Assembly: GCA_021736745.1 (NCBI GenBank)
Contig: JAIPFG010000001.1
Location: forward strand, 1-52,253
Source: Pseudomonadales bacterium
Lineage (GTDB): Bacteria; Pseudomonadota; Gammaproteobacteria; Pseudomonadales; IMCC2047
Direction of reading: 5' to 3'
DNA: 52,253 nt
The notes under the pieces are model-generated. The model made no database searches. It was not told where the DNA came from and saw only the letters and a program-made list of their open reading frames with translations. The number at the start of each line of letters is the position of its first letter. The first letter of the stretch is position 1. The translations under genes were made by a program, and so were the position numbers. Of the stretch, positions 27,789 to 36,764 are shown piece after piece.

Positions 27789-28808
27789 TTACTCATGGCG
27801 CTTTTTGGCAAGTATCCTGGCGGCTTGATAGAAATTGGCGAGGTTGTTGTTCTGTTGTACAAGCAACGCGGATAATTCCGGGACCAAATCAAAATAAGTG
27901 GAAACGGTGCTTAATTGAGCATTATTTATCGCTTGGTGAAACCATGGATCGTAGTCGGAATAACCACCCCAATTCATTTTTAATTCCTGATGTTGACTTT
28001 TAAGTTGGGTGATTAAAGCCGCTTTTTGAGTTCGCTTTTCGCTATCCTTCAGGGTCGAGTGGTAGAGAGTCACCAATTTTTGTTGATAACGAATCACCAG
28101 GTTAATAAAGTCTTGTTGCTTTTTTTGGTCGTCTAAAAATGATTGATAGGCTGAAGGGTTGTTTTCCTGTTGCAGCCACCGCTTTACCCCTTCTTGCGCG
28201 ACAACGGTTGCAAAACTTTCATTGAAAACAGTGTCGTTTTTGATATAGAGCCGTTGATGTGCGAGTTCGTGAAATATCAGATTGGCAAGGTCAACATCGG
28301 ATCGGTCAATAAAACTGCTGAGAATGGGATCTTTAAACCAGCCTAAAGTCGAATAAGCGTCAATGCCTGCGACGTAGACGTCGAAGCCCTGTGTGGCTAA
28401 TTTCTGAGCAAATTTTTGTGCGTTCTTCTCGGCAAAATAGCCACGGTAACTGGCACAGCCAGCAATGGGATAACACCAGATTTTTGGTTCCAAAGAAAAT
28501 TCCGGCGCGGCAAAGACGTTCCAGACCACATATTTTCTATCAAGAGAAACGTAACGACTATATTGCTTTTTCACCGGTAGAAGCAATTCCTTTTCAGCAA
28601 AAGAACGCAACGCAACGACCTTTTTTAGTTGGGCTTTCAGGGGGGCTGGCGTTGTGGTAGACGCGAGATAATGACTAACAGCTTTACTCTGATTTAAAAG
28701 TGATAAATGGCCGCTAATGGCCTGTCGATAGTAGCCCAGGGTTTCGCAGCCGCTAAGGCTGGTAAAGAGAAAAAGTAAGAGTAATTTTTTATGGCTGTGT
28801 CTGTTCAA
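27789..28808 (-). CDS. Putative zinc aminopeptidase lipoprotein (COG4324-like)
   Basis: HELAHQ zinc motif. A TTG at 28808 gives MNRHSHKKLLLLFLFTSLSGC, a canonical lipoprotein signal. The ORF-track start at 28979 adds 57 non-signal residues and overlaps an upstream small ORF. Confidence 0.65.
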   Translation of the reverse strand: MNRHSHKKLLLLFLFTSLSGCETLGYYRQAISGHLSLLNQSKAVSHYLASTTTPAPLKAQLKKVVALRSFAEKELLLPVKKQYSRYVSLDRKYVVWNVFAAPEFSLEPKIWCYPIAGCASYRGYFAEKNAQKFAQKLATQGFDVYVAGIDAYSTLGWFKDPILSSFIDRSDVDLANLIFHELAHQRLYIKNDTVFNESFATVVAQEGVKRWLQQENNPSAYQSFLDDQKKQQDFINLVIRYQQKLVTLYHSTLKDSEKRTQKAALITQLKSQHQELKMNWGGYSDYDPWFHQAINNAQLSTVSTYFDLVPELSALLVQQNNNLANFYQAARILAKKRHE

Positions 28809-28818
28809 TGGGGTAGCG

Positions 28819-29004
28819 CTACTTTTCGGGTGGAATGTCTTTTTCCAATTGCAGAGCTTCCCATTCCTGTAATTCATCCCAGAGTCGCTCGGCATCGCGG
28901 ACAAGTGCGGCGATGGAGGAGTGTTGACTGGGGTTGGCCATACTCCCCTGAAAACCGCGCATAGCACATTCGTAGACAAATGCTTTTTTAGACCAATGAT
29001 TCAT
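28819..29004 (-). CDS. Small hypothetical protein (61 aa), possibly translationally coupled to the YceI-like gene
   Basis: Its ATG overlaps the upstream stop (ATGA at 29001-29004). It ends 10 nt before the proposed TTG start of the aminopeptidase. No recognisable motif. Confidence 0.4.
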   Translation of the reverse strand: MNHWSKKAFVYECAMRGFQGSMANPSQHSSIAALVRDAERLWDELQEWEALQLEKDIPPEK

Positions 29005-29594
29005 GGGGTTGCCTCCATATTGAATGCTTTAGTAGCCTGGATCATGACGCGTATTTTAATCGTCTCTCCAATCAGACGGGTATCGCCCCAGTCATCCTGG
29101 GCCATATTGAAATCAAAGCGATTGATGCTTAGCTCACCTTCGCCAAACAGTCTGAACTGGTTTTTCTGTGGGATAATTTTTGCCTGGAATGGAAAGAGTA
29201 CCTGCTTTTCAATGTCGCGAATTCTAAGCTGTGCGAGAGCTTGATAAAAACCCTCCTGTTGTGGGGAAATGGTCAAAGTCGTGAAGGTTGCCTCAGGCCA
29301 ACGATCGATATGAAAGAACGCATCTGACCGAAGTATCTCATCTCTATCCGTGGCTCCCGTATCAACACTGCTGGTGTTGACCGATACCCGAAAGTAGCTG
29401 GTTTTGAGGTGGTTGGGATCAAAGGCAATTTCCGCCCGGAAAAGTTTGAATTCGCCTTGGAAAGGGCTGCCTTCTTGTATCGCCGAAAATTCGAGAATGC
29501 TGTTGTCGTAATCTACCTGCCAAAGATCGGCCGCCGCAAGGGTGGGGGGGGATATCCAAAAGAAAATGGCCAGTAAAGTGGTTGGATACCTCAT
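29001..29594 (-). CDS. YceI-like periplasmic (polyisoprenoid-binding fold) protein
   Basis: Signal peptide. LEFSAIQEGSPFQGEFKLFRAEIAFDP...VDTGATDRDEILRSDAFF matches the YceI pattern. Confidence 0.85.
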   Translation of the reverse strand: MRYPTTLLAIFFWISPPTLAAADLWQVDYDNSILEFSAIQEGSPFQGEFKLFRAEIAFDPNHLKTSYFRVSVNTSSVDTGATDRDEILRSDAFFHIDRWPEATFTTLTISPQQEGFYQALAQLRIRDIEKQVLFPFQAKIIPQKNQFRLFGEGELSINRFDFNMAQDDWGDTRLIGETIKIRVMIQATKAFNMEATP

Positions 29595-29611
29595 GGCGGC
29601 CGTATGCTGTG

Positions 29612-30382
29612 TTATTTCTTACCCGGGTAATTGGGCATAGGAATCAGGGGGTGAAAAGCGAGTTGAATGCCTTCGAGAAGCATGTCTTCATCACCAAACA
29701 GGTTAGTGTTACGAGTTGCTTTAGGCGTTCCGGTTTTCATGTTCAAATTATCAATGACTTCAATCCCGCCGATGCTGTTGAATAAAAACTTCTTGTCGTG
29801 GCGGAATAAGGTCAGACTGAGCGAGGAGGCACGAAAAGTTTTCGCCCAATTATAGTCGCGAGGGACGCCGTTTCCTCCTTTCAATCGAGGTTTTCTTTTG
29901 ACACCATCCCAGGCGGCATAATGAGGCTGTTTATAGGAAAAATTAACCTTACGCACGATGAGGTCGGTAAAAAGAATTCCATCGACATCATATTTCTCTT
30001 TGAGCTCAGCCAGGCTATCACTCAAAATCTGATTGAAGCGATCGCGTCGATAGGTTGCCGTAGTGCGGTCATAATATTCGCCATACTGGTCAATGGCATT
30101 GGCCCAAGCCGTATCGAATTGATTCCCGGTAATGACTTCGTAACCGTTCGTTTGTAAATATTCTGCGATGATGTTATCAACACGCGACTCTTCATAGCGT
30201 AGGTAAGAGGGACTTTCCTGTGCATAGTTGACGCTGGCGATCACTATTTTTTTCAGCTTTGATTTGTTTGTCGCCTCTTCATCGATCTGGTAGCGATAAA
30301 GTGTGTCGCTATCCACGGAAATGGTAGAAGCGCATGAGGTTAGCAACATCAGACTAAGCATAAGAGTAGTGAAATATCGCAA
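29612..30382 (-). CDS. Putative lipoprotein of unknown function
   Basis: Lipobox LLTSC after the TTG-initiated MRYFTTLMLSLM. 256 aa. Family not recognised. Confidence 0.65.
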   Translation of the reverse strand: MRYFTTLMLSLMLLTSCASTISVDSDTLYRYQIDEEATNKSKLKKIVIASVNYAQESPSYLRYEESRVDNIIAEYLQTNGYEVITGNQFDTAWANAIDQYGEYYDRTTATYRRDRFNQILSDSLAELKEKYDVDGILFTDLIVRKVNFSYKQPHYAAWDGVKRKPRLKGGNGVPRDYNWAKTFRASSLSLTLFRHDKKFLFNSIGGIEVIDNLNMKTGTPKATRNTNLFGDEDMLLEGIQLAFHPLIPMPNYPGKK

Positions 30383-30582
30383 GATTGACTCCCTGTTGTT
30401 AATTACCGGTGAATTAAGCTGTTTATTCTAACGAGCCGACCATCGAAAAACTACCGGTGAGATGAAGAAGGAGGCGAAATCGTTATTGAAACAGGGAATC
30501 AGCTGTCAGGAATCGCACTTTATAGTTCTTTGACAAGAGGCAAGGTTTGGCAATGGAGGAATCTTATTTAGCCATGGTCTCG

Positions 30583-31314
30583 TCAATGATCGGTTTGGTT
30601 TAGGGGGAGGTAAAACTGATAATTCACCGGAAGGCTATCCGCAACAGCAATGGCGCCGCCGAGAATCTGGTAGGGTTCAATACCAAAATCCCGTTGTGAA
30701 AGTATTAGCTGACCACTCGCCACAACGACCTCGTTTTCTAGCGCCAGGTGAATTTCAGTGGTAATACGCTTTGTAACCTGTTTGATGGTGATGGCGAGTT
30801 CAGCATAAATGAGAGGGGGGCTTCCCCATAATCTGCGGGTAGTGATTTCAATGAAGGGGAAGTTTTCAGCGTCTAATACTTTTGGGCCCAACATGTTCCG
30901 GCTTGTCCCGAGAATATCCTTTTCCTTCACCGGTTTGACGAAGTCAGGTCCGGCCTTTGCTCTCGCTTCGGCTTGGTCAACCTTTAAGTCGGCTACAGAA
31001 ATAATCAAGATAAAGCTGGATTTCGTGATATCGGGGTGCAGCTTAATCAGGCCATAGACCCGGTTTGCGGTGATCACGTGATTGTGCCCTAGTTTTGCCA
31101 AGCGACCGCCGGAATAAACCCTGATTGTGATGTTGGCTGCTTCGGCGTCAAGAGCGCGCACATGCGGGAATGTCGGCCAAGCAATTGGGTACCTTGTGGT
31201 AATTTCAGTGGACTCGATTGGCACCTTTGGCGGTGATCCGGTAATGCAGCCAACCAGACCGATTGAGATCAGGGTTAGCAAAAATAGGGCTTTGGCAGTG
31301 GGCAGTATTCGCAT
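30583..31314 (-). CDS. YceI-like lipoprotein
   Basis: Lipobox LVGC. The GGRLAKLGHNHVI and FGIEPYQILGGAIAVADSLPV segments resemble the YceI-like family. Confidence 0.65.
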   Translation of the reverse strand: MRILPTAKALFLLTLISIGLVGCITGSPPKVPIESTEITTRYPIAWPTFPHVRALDAEAANITIRVYSGGRLAKLGHNHVITANRVYGLIKLHPDITKSSFILIISVADLKVDQAEARAKAGPDFVKPVKEKDILGTSRNMLGPKVLDAENFPFIEITTRRLWGSPPLIYAELAITIKQVTKRITTEIHLALENEVVVASGQLILSQRDFGIEPYQILGGAIAVADSLPVNYQFYLPLNQTDH

Positions 31315-31417
31315 GCGATTACGGCACTAACTCCTCGATTGATGATCGAAAGCATTACGGCAGGCTAGGGCCTATTGACAGGTGTTAGTTTAACTTAAGT
31401 CGATAAAGTGCTGCACA

Positions 31418-32581
31418 ATGTTTTTATTTATTAAAGTTCTGCCCAGAATGGCATTTCATAGCCAGCGTATGGGTATTTTTGTTATCAGTGTCCTGATTTG
31501 TCTGATGGTTTCAGGATGCGCTCTGCGCCAGCATGATTCATCTGCCAACCTCCCTGTGTTAAAAAATATTCAAATCATCACTGTGCCAATGGAAGATACA
31601 TTGGCGCTTACACCTGCGATGAAGGACTTTGTCGCAAAACATGCCAATCGACGACAACGGCCCAAACAGAGATTGAAATTACTGATTGACGCCGTGACTC
31701 ATCCGGGGCTTTTGGGGTTTCAGTATGAAGAGGATCAAACCTTAACGGCACAGGAGGCCTTTACACGTCGTTCCGGGAATTGTATTGCGTTTACCAATCT
31801 GTTTATTGCGTTAGCGAGGCAGGCTGGGCTGAAAGCCTATTATCAGGAAGTTCGAGTGAATCCTTACTGGGCTGAGAAAAGTGATACCTACCTGTTAGCC
31901 AAACATATCAATGTGCTGGTTCGGTTAAAATCCGGTGATTATGTTATCGATATTGGACGGAAATGGGATAGAGGCCACCATGAGGTCAATCTCGTATCGG
32001 ACGACTACGCAAAGGCTCAATATTATAATAACTTAGGTGTGGGTGCGTTATTGAATAACCGGATGGCAAGTGCCTATGGCTATTTTGAGCGGGCAATCCG
32101 TATTGAACCAACATTGGATTATATCTGGTCAAATTTGGGTGTGCTCTATAATCGGAATGGCCAGCCAGAGCAGGCCATATGGGCATATCAGCAAGCCTTG
32201 AAGGTAAACCGTCGAGCGTTAATGGCCATCAGCAATCTAGCAGGGGTCTATGCGCAACAAGGTGACGCCAATAAGGCGAGGCAGTTGGAACAAAAGGTTG
32301 AAAATTACCGACGGGATAACCCCTATTATTTATTGATGTTGAGCAATCAGGCGTTGGCAGAAATGGACTATCAGGAGGCTATTCAGTTGCTGCGTCAAGC
32401 GATTCACAAAAAGGAAAATGATCACCGCTTACATTTAGCCCTCGCCAAAAGTTTATATCTATCCGGACAGGTTGAGCAGGCCCAAGAGAGTTACGAGCGT
32501 GCGAAACAACTTGCCCCCGGACCAATTCTCAAGGGTGTCTACGACAAAGCATTGGATGAGCTGATTTCATCAAAAATTTAG
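31418..32581 (+). CDS. Transglutaminase-like cysteine-protease domain + TPR-repeat lipoprotein
   Basis: Lipobox MVSGC (the start may be 31448 or 31469). Transglutaminase core RSGNCIAFTNLFIALAR. A C-terminal series of TPR-like repeats. Confidence 0.75.
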   Translation: MFLFIKVLPRMAFHSQRMGIFVISVLICLMVSGCALRQHDSSANLPVLKNIQIITVPMEDTLALTPAMKDFVAKHANRRQRPKQRLKLLIDAVTHPGLLGFQYEEDQTLTAQEAFTRRSGNCIAFTNLFIALARQAGLKAYYQEVRVNPYWAEKSDTYLLAKHINVLVRLKSGDYVIDIGRKWDRGHHEVNLVSDDYAKAQYYNNLGVGALLNNRMASAYGYFERAIRIEPTLDYIWSNLGVLYNRNGQPEQAIWAYQQALKVNRRALMAISNLAGVYAQQGDANKARQLEQKVENYRRDNPYYLLMLSNQALAEMDYQEAIQLLRQAIHKKENDHRLHLALAKSLYLSGQVEQAQESYERAKQLAPGPILKGVYDKALDELISSKI

Positions 32582-32662
32582 GGAACCTTTGGTTTCTCAT
32601 CTGTTTATCCGCTGTTCTTCATCCTTTACACTTAAAACCATTTATTAAAATAAGGTGCATCC

Positions 32663-33529
32663 ATGCTTGAACCAACCGCACGTCAGTATCGCTCTTCGCG
32701 CTTAACGTTAAATTATGTCGATTGGGGTAATGAGGGAGCTCCAGTACTGATACTAATTCATGGCCGCATGGACCACTGTCGTAGTTGGGATTGGGTGGCA
32801 CGTCGATTAGCACATCGATACCGGGTTATCGCCCCTGATTTACGTGGGCATGGAGATTCCGACTGGGCAATTGGGAATGCCTATGCCATGTACGACTATA
32901 TCTATGATCTGATGGGGTTAATCGAACAGCTAAAATTAGCGTCTGTGAGCATTATCGGGCACTCATTGGGGGGCGGGATCGCTACTAAATTTGCAGGCGT
33001 CTGCCCCGAAAGAGTTAATCAGTTGGTGAGTATTGAAGGGCTGGGTTCAGCGCCGGCGATGGTAGCAAAGGAAGAGACGATGAGCACCGCCGACCATATG
33101 CTGACATTGGCGAGACAGCTAGAACGCTTGGCAGTTAAACCTTTGCGCGAGTTTGCTACAGAGGAAGCCGCGACAGCAAGGATGAAACAGGCCAACAGCC
33201 ATTTGTCGGATGAGCGTGCTCGCCATCTGGCACTCCATGGTATCCGTAATAATAAAGACGGTAATTTTTGCTGGAAATATGATCCTTATGTCGGTGTACA
33301 TCCCCCCTTTGATATATCCGCTAAAGACAGTCGTGAACTTTGGTCAAATATTGTTTGTCCGGTATTACTGGTCTGGGGGCAAGAGAGTTGGGCAAGCAAT
33401 CCATTAGAAGATGGCCGAATAAAATTTTTCCAAAATGCGCAGGTAGTGAGTATTCCTTCTGCTGGGCACTGGGTGCACCACGATCAGTTTGAGGAGTTTA
33501 TGGCGGCGGTTGAAACATTTTTGGAATAA
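32663..33529 (+). CDS. Alpha/beta-fold hydrolase
   Basis: HGRMDH, APDLRGHGDS, the nucleophile elbow GHSLGG, and a C-terminal GHWVHHD. Confidence 0.85.
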   Translation: MLEPTARQYRSSRLTLNYVDWGNEGAPVLILIHGRMDHCRSWDWVARRLAHRYRVIAPDLRGHGDSDWAIGNAYAMYDYIYDLMGLIEQLKLASVSIIGHSLGGGIATKFAGVCPERVNQLVSIEGLGSAPAMVAKEETMSTADHMLTLARQLERLAVKPLREFATEEAATARMKQANSHLSDERARHLALHGIRNNKDGNFCWKYDPYVGVHPPFDISAKDSRELWSNIVCPVLLVWGQESWASNPLEDGRIKFFQNAQVVSIPSAGHWVHHDQFEEFMAAVETFLE

Positions 33530-33530
33530 A

Positions 33531-34517
33531 TTATTCGGCATTAATATCGACGATCACACGTCCGCGTATTTCACCCTTGGTTATTTTTTCGGCATATTCG
33601 GGAATCTGAGAAAAACGAATGGTTTTGCTGATCTTTTCCCAGAATGTCGTTTCAAAAAGTTCAGATAATTGCTGCCACATATTCAACCGATGTTCCTTGG
33701 TGACGAGGGTGGAGTTTATTCCCAATAATTTAATAGCTCGCAGAATAAAAGGCATAACAGTAGTATGCAGCTCGTGGCTGGCGGCGAGGCCGCAACTGGC
33801 GATGGCGCCATTTCCCTTGGTTTCGGCGATGATTTTCGCGAGAATTTGACCACCGACATTATCCACGGCCCCCGCCCATTTTTGAGATTCCAGGGGGCGT
33901 GCACTCTGGGGCATCTGTTCTCGACTGATGATGTCTGACGCACCTAATTCGCGCAGATATTGGTGTAATTCTTCACGTCCGGTCACAGCGGTAACGGAAT
34001 AACCCATTCTTGCGAGGATGGCAATGGCAATGCTGCCAACGCCCCCTGCAGCACCAGAGACAACGATGGGCCCCTGGTCGGGGGTGATCCCGGCTTTTTG
34101 CAGGGCAGCAACGGCCAGCATTGCCGTAAATCCGGCGGTGCCTACCGCCATGGCGTCCTGTGGTCTGAAGGCGGTCGGGAGCTTGATCAGTGCCTCCGTA
34201 TCGACCCGAGCTTTTTGCGCATACCCACCGCAATAATCCTCGCCTAAACCCGCACCGGTTAGCACTACCGCATCACCCACCTTAAATTCGCTGGTGTCTG
34301 AATCAATCACCGTTCCGGCTAAATCAATACCCGGGATCATGGGGTAGGATCGGAGTATTTTGCCTTTCCCGGTAACGGCCAGACCGTCTTTAAAATTAAG
34401 GCTGGAGTAAGCCACTTCCACTAATACCGGTTTGTCAGGCAGTTGTTCTTCCCGCCAATGCTCGTAGGTTGCGCGATGTTGGCCATCCACTTTGTCGACG
34501 ACGATTGCTTTAAACAT
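33531..34517 (-). CDS. YhdH/AcuI-family NADPH-dependent enoyl (acrylyl-CoA-type) reductase, MDR superfamily
   Basis: MFKAIVV...SSLNFKDGLA...VSGAAGGVGS, with the N-terminal pattern typical of the YhdH/YhfP subgroup. Confidence 0.8.
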   Translation of the reverse strand: MFKAIVVDKVDGQHRATYEHWREEQLPDKPVLVEVAYSSLNFKDGLAVTGKGKILRSYPMIPGIDLAGTVIDSDTSEFKVGDAVVLTGAGLGEDYCGGYAQKARVDTEALIKLPTAFRPQDAMAVGTAGFTAMLAVAALQKAGITPDQGPIVVSGAAGGVGSIAIAILARMGYSVTAVTGREELHQYLRELGASDIISREQMPQSARPLESQKWAGAVDNVGGQILAKIIAETKGNGAIASCGLAASHELHTTVMPFILRAIKLLGINSTLVTKEHRLNMWQQLSELFETTFWEKISKTIRFSQIPEYAEKITKGEIRGRVIVDINAE

Positions 34518-34523
34518 ATTTGT

Positions 34524-34691
34524 CTACCTCATGGCGATCATTTCAAAGTCTTTTTTGGCGGCGCCACAATCCGGGCAAAGCCAGTCTTCGGGCACCTCTT
34601 CCCAGGGGGTTCCGGCGGGGATGCCTTCTTCAGGGCAACCTTTGGCTTCATCATAAATCCAGCCACAGACAATGCATTGCCACTTTTTCAT
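34524..34691 (-). CDS. Rubredoxin (55 aa; not in the supplied ORF track)
   Basis: My own translation is [55 protein letters not shown]. It has both CxxCG knuckles and the conserved Y, W and F residues. AGAGGA RBS upstream of the ATG. Confidence 0.9.
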   Translation of the reverse strand: MKKWQCIVCGWIYDEAKGCPEEGIPAGTPWEEVPEDWLCPDCGAAKKDFEMIAMR

Positions 34692-34709
34692 ACGGTCCTC
34701 TGTTTCAAG

Positions 34710-35249
34710 CTATTTAAACAGTGTGACGATTTCTTTAAACACCGGATGATCTGCCGTTTTCATCAATTCAAACAGGCAGGTTTCGGTGCTGGTCAAGTGC
34801 GCTCCGGCGGTCTTCATTTTTTCTAGGCCCAACTGTTTATTTTCAGGTGAGCGCGAAGAGACGGCATCACACACTACATGGACTTCCTTTTGCAGCCGCA
34901 TTAAATCCAGTGCCGATTGATAAACACAGACATGGGTTTCAATGCCGGTGACCAACATCTGGTTTCTTCCACTTGCGACCATAGCCTGTAGGAGTTTGTC
35001 GTTGCCAAAGCAACTAAAACTGGTTTTGGCGATGGGTCTTAGGTCAGTGAGCAGTTCCGAAATTTCCGGTAATGTGGAGCCTAGTTTTTCCGGTATTTGT
35101 TCGGCCCAAAGAATGGGGATACCCATAGCCTGGGAGGCTTTAATCATGGTTTTCAGGTTGGCCAGGTAAGCTTCTTTATCGTGCATAAGCGTGGCGAGTT
35201 TACCTTGAACATCGATGATGACTAACAGTGAGTTTTCCGTAGTTAACAT
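34710..35249 (-). CDS. Isochorismatase-family (cysteine hydrolase) protein
   Basis: LLVIIDVQ, and VTGIETHVCV carrying the catalytic Cys. Confidence 0.85.
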   Translation of the reverse strand: MLTTENSLLVIIDVQGKLATLMHDKEAYLANLKTMIKASQAMGIPILWAEQIPEKLGSTLPEISELLTDLRPIAKTSFSCFGNDKLLQAMVASGRNQMLVTGIETHVCVYQSALDLMRLQKEVHVVCDAVSSRSPENKQLGLEKMKTAGAHLTSTETCLFELMKTADHPVFKEIVTLFK

Positions 35250-35276
35250 AAGGGGGCCTGCTGGATTAATGATTGA

Positions 35277-36068
35277 TCAGTCAGCATCTTTTATCTTACC
35301 GGTATCAATGAACCCATAGATACCACGTTTTGATACAGCATTAAGCCATTCTTTCAAATGGGCAATCTCCGCTGTATTGGATAGGTCTGACAAAGGTTTA
35401 TTTTCTTTGAGACAGCGAAAGGCCCTAGATAGCGCCTTATAACGTTCTCCTGAAATTCCCGCTCGGCGCAGGCCGATTGTATTCAGTCGGTAATGACGCA
35501 CGGGTGAACCACCGATCAGCGTATAGGGTAATACATCTTTACGAATACCAATGACTCCGGCGATCATAGCGAACGAACCAATACGACAGAACTGGTGGAC
35601 CATGGCGCCACCGCCGAAGAAAACGCGGTCGCCCACCTGGACATGACCGCCGAGCGTAGCGCTGGTGGCGAAGATATTGTGATTGCCAACCAGACAATCA
35701 TGGGCAACGTGGGCATTATTCATAAAGAAGCAATGGTTGCCGATCCGGGTGGCTTCGTTTTCCCTGGTGGCGCGGCTAATGGTGACTCCCTCACGAAACT
35801 CATTATGATCGCCTATTTCTACCCAGCTTGTGAGCGCTGGATTAAAGCTCAGATCCTGCGGTGATCCGCCAATAACAGCATTGGCATGCACACGATTCTG
35901 TTCCCCCATACGCACATGGGAGTGGATAATTGCATGGGCATCAATATGGCAGTTTTTTCCAATAACGACCTGCTCACCAACAATTGCATAGGGGCCGATG
36001 GTTGTTCCTTGGCCAATTTGAGCTGTGGGGGAGATGATTGCACTAGGGTGGATAGTGGAAGATGTCAT
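35277..36068 (-). CDS. LpxA-like acyl-ACP--UDP-GlcNAc O-acyltransferase paralogue (left-handed beta-helix)
   Basis: Hexapeptide repeats. NNAHVAHDCLVGN (compare E. coli INAHIAHDCTVGN with the catalytic His), MVHQFCRIG, and the C-terminal helical LpxA domain (NTIGLRRAG). Confidence 0.8.
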   Translation of the reverse strand: MTSSTIHPSAIISPTAQIGQGTTIGPYAIVGEQVVIGKNCHIDAHAIIHSHVRMGEQNRVHANAVIGGSPQDLSFNPALTSWVEIGDHNEFREGVTISRATRENEATRIGNHCFFMNNAHVAHDCLVGNHNIFATSATLGGHVQVGDRVFFGGGAMVHQFCRIGSFAMIAGVIGIRKDVLPYTLIGGSPVRHYRLNTIGLRRAGISGERYKALSRAFRCLKENKPLSDLSNTAEIAHLKEWLNAVSKRGIYGFIDTGKIKDAD

Positions 36069-36107
36069 ATGGGTGTTTTTTCGCTTAAGGGGTTCGATGG
36101 ATAAAGT

Positions 36108-36734
36108 TTAATCAATAATACGTGCCATTGCGCGTCGGCAATCGGCTATTTCCGTAAATCTGATGGCCTGGATGCCCAAATTATTTGCCGACTCAACATT
36201 GGCGGGCAGGTCATCAATAAAAAGGGTCTCTTCGGGGAGGATGTCAAAACGATTTAACATGTATTTAAAAATTTCAGGATCCGGTTTGGCGAGTTTGACC
36301 TCTGCCGAGACAATGATATCTTCAAAGAGATCAAAAAAGGTATAGCGTGAGGCGAGGTGCTCGAATATTTCCATACAAATATTCGAAAGGCAAAATAAGC
36401 GGTGTCCCTGTTGATGTAGCTCTGAGAGCAAGGCGACGGTCTCTTCTTTAGGAGTCAAATACGCCTTAATTGCATCAAGCAGTGCTTTTATTCTTGATAA
36501 AGGAAGGGCTGTATTGCGGGCAAAAGACTGGATTGCTTGTTGTTCTGTTATTGCTCCAAGATCGAGGCGTTTCCAGTCCTGGTGATGGAAAACCTGATCG
36601 AGTAACAGTTGTTTTTGCATTTCGTCCTGCGCAAATTGTTGAGCAATCTCTTCTGGACTCCAATGCACGAGTACAGCGCCTAAATCAAAAACTGTGTTTT
36701 TAATCGTGGCAGGTTTTAGCTTGAGTTGATTCAT
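36108..36734 (-). CDS. HAD-superfamily hydrolase (subfamily IA)
   Basis: Motif I VFDLGAVLV, motif II LSN, and the motif IV region FIDDLPANV. Confidence 0.85.
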   Translation of the reverse strand: MNQLKLKPATIKNTVFDLGAVLVHWSPEEIAQQFAQDEMQKQLLLDQVFHHQDWKRLDLGAITEQQAIQSFARNTALPLSRIKALLDAIKAYLTPKEETVALLSELHQQGHRLFCLSNICMEIFEHLASRYTFFDLFEDIIVSAEVKLAKPDPEIFKYMLNRFDILPEETLFIDDLPANVESANNLGIQAIRFTEIADCRRAMARIID

Positions 36735-36764
36735 TAAATACTTCTTTAATTAAAAATGAGATGG

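Noticed and set aside
30386-30500. Weak inverted repeat (GACTCCCTGTT / AACAGGGAATC) and direct TACCGGTGA repeats upstream of the lipoprotein gene
   Set aside because: These are short and imperfect and could arise by chance. No flanking duplication or second copy was seen. They are not strong enough to call an element or operator.
33973-34236. Arg/Cys/Gly-rich ORFs on both strands inside the YhdH/AcuI gene
   Set aside because: These are typical alternative-frame artefacts of a GC-richer coding stretch. The MDR reductase frame is clearly the real one.
34443-34826. + strand ORFs 34443-34826 and 34520-34717
   Set aside because: They overlap the minus-strand rubredoxin and the ends of its neighbours. 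Rubredoxin is a perfect family match with an RBS, while the + frames have low-complexity, motif-free translations.
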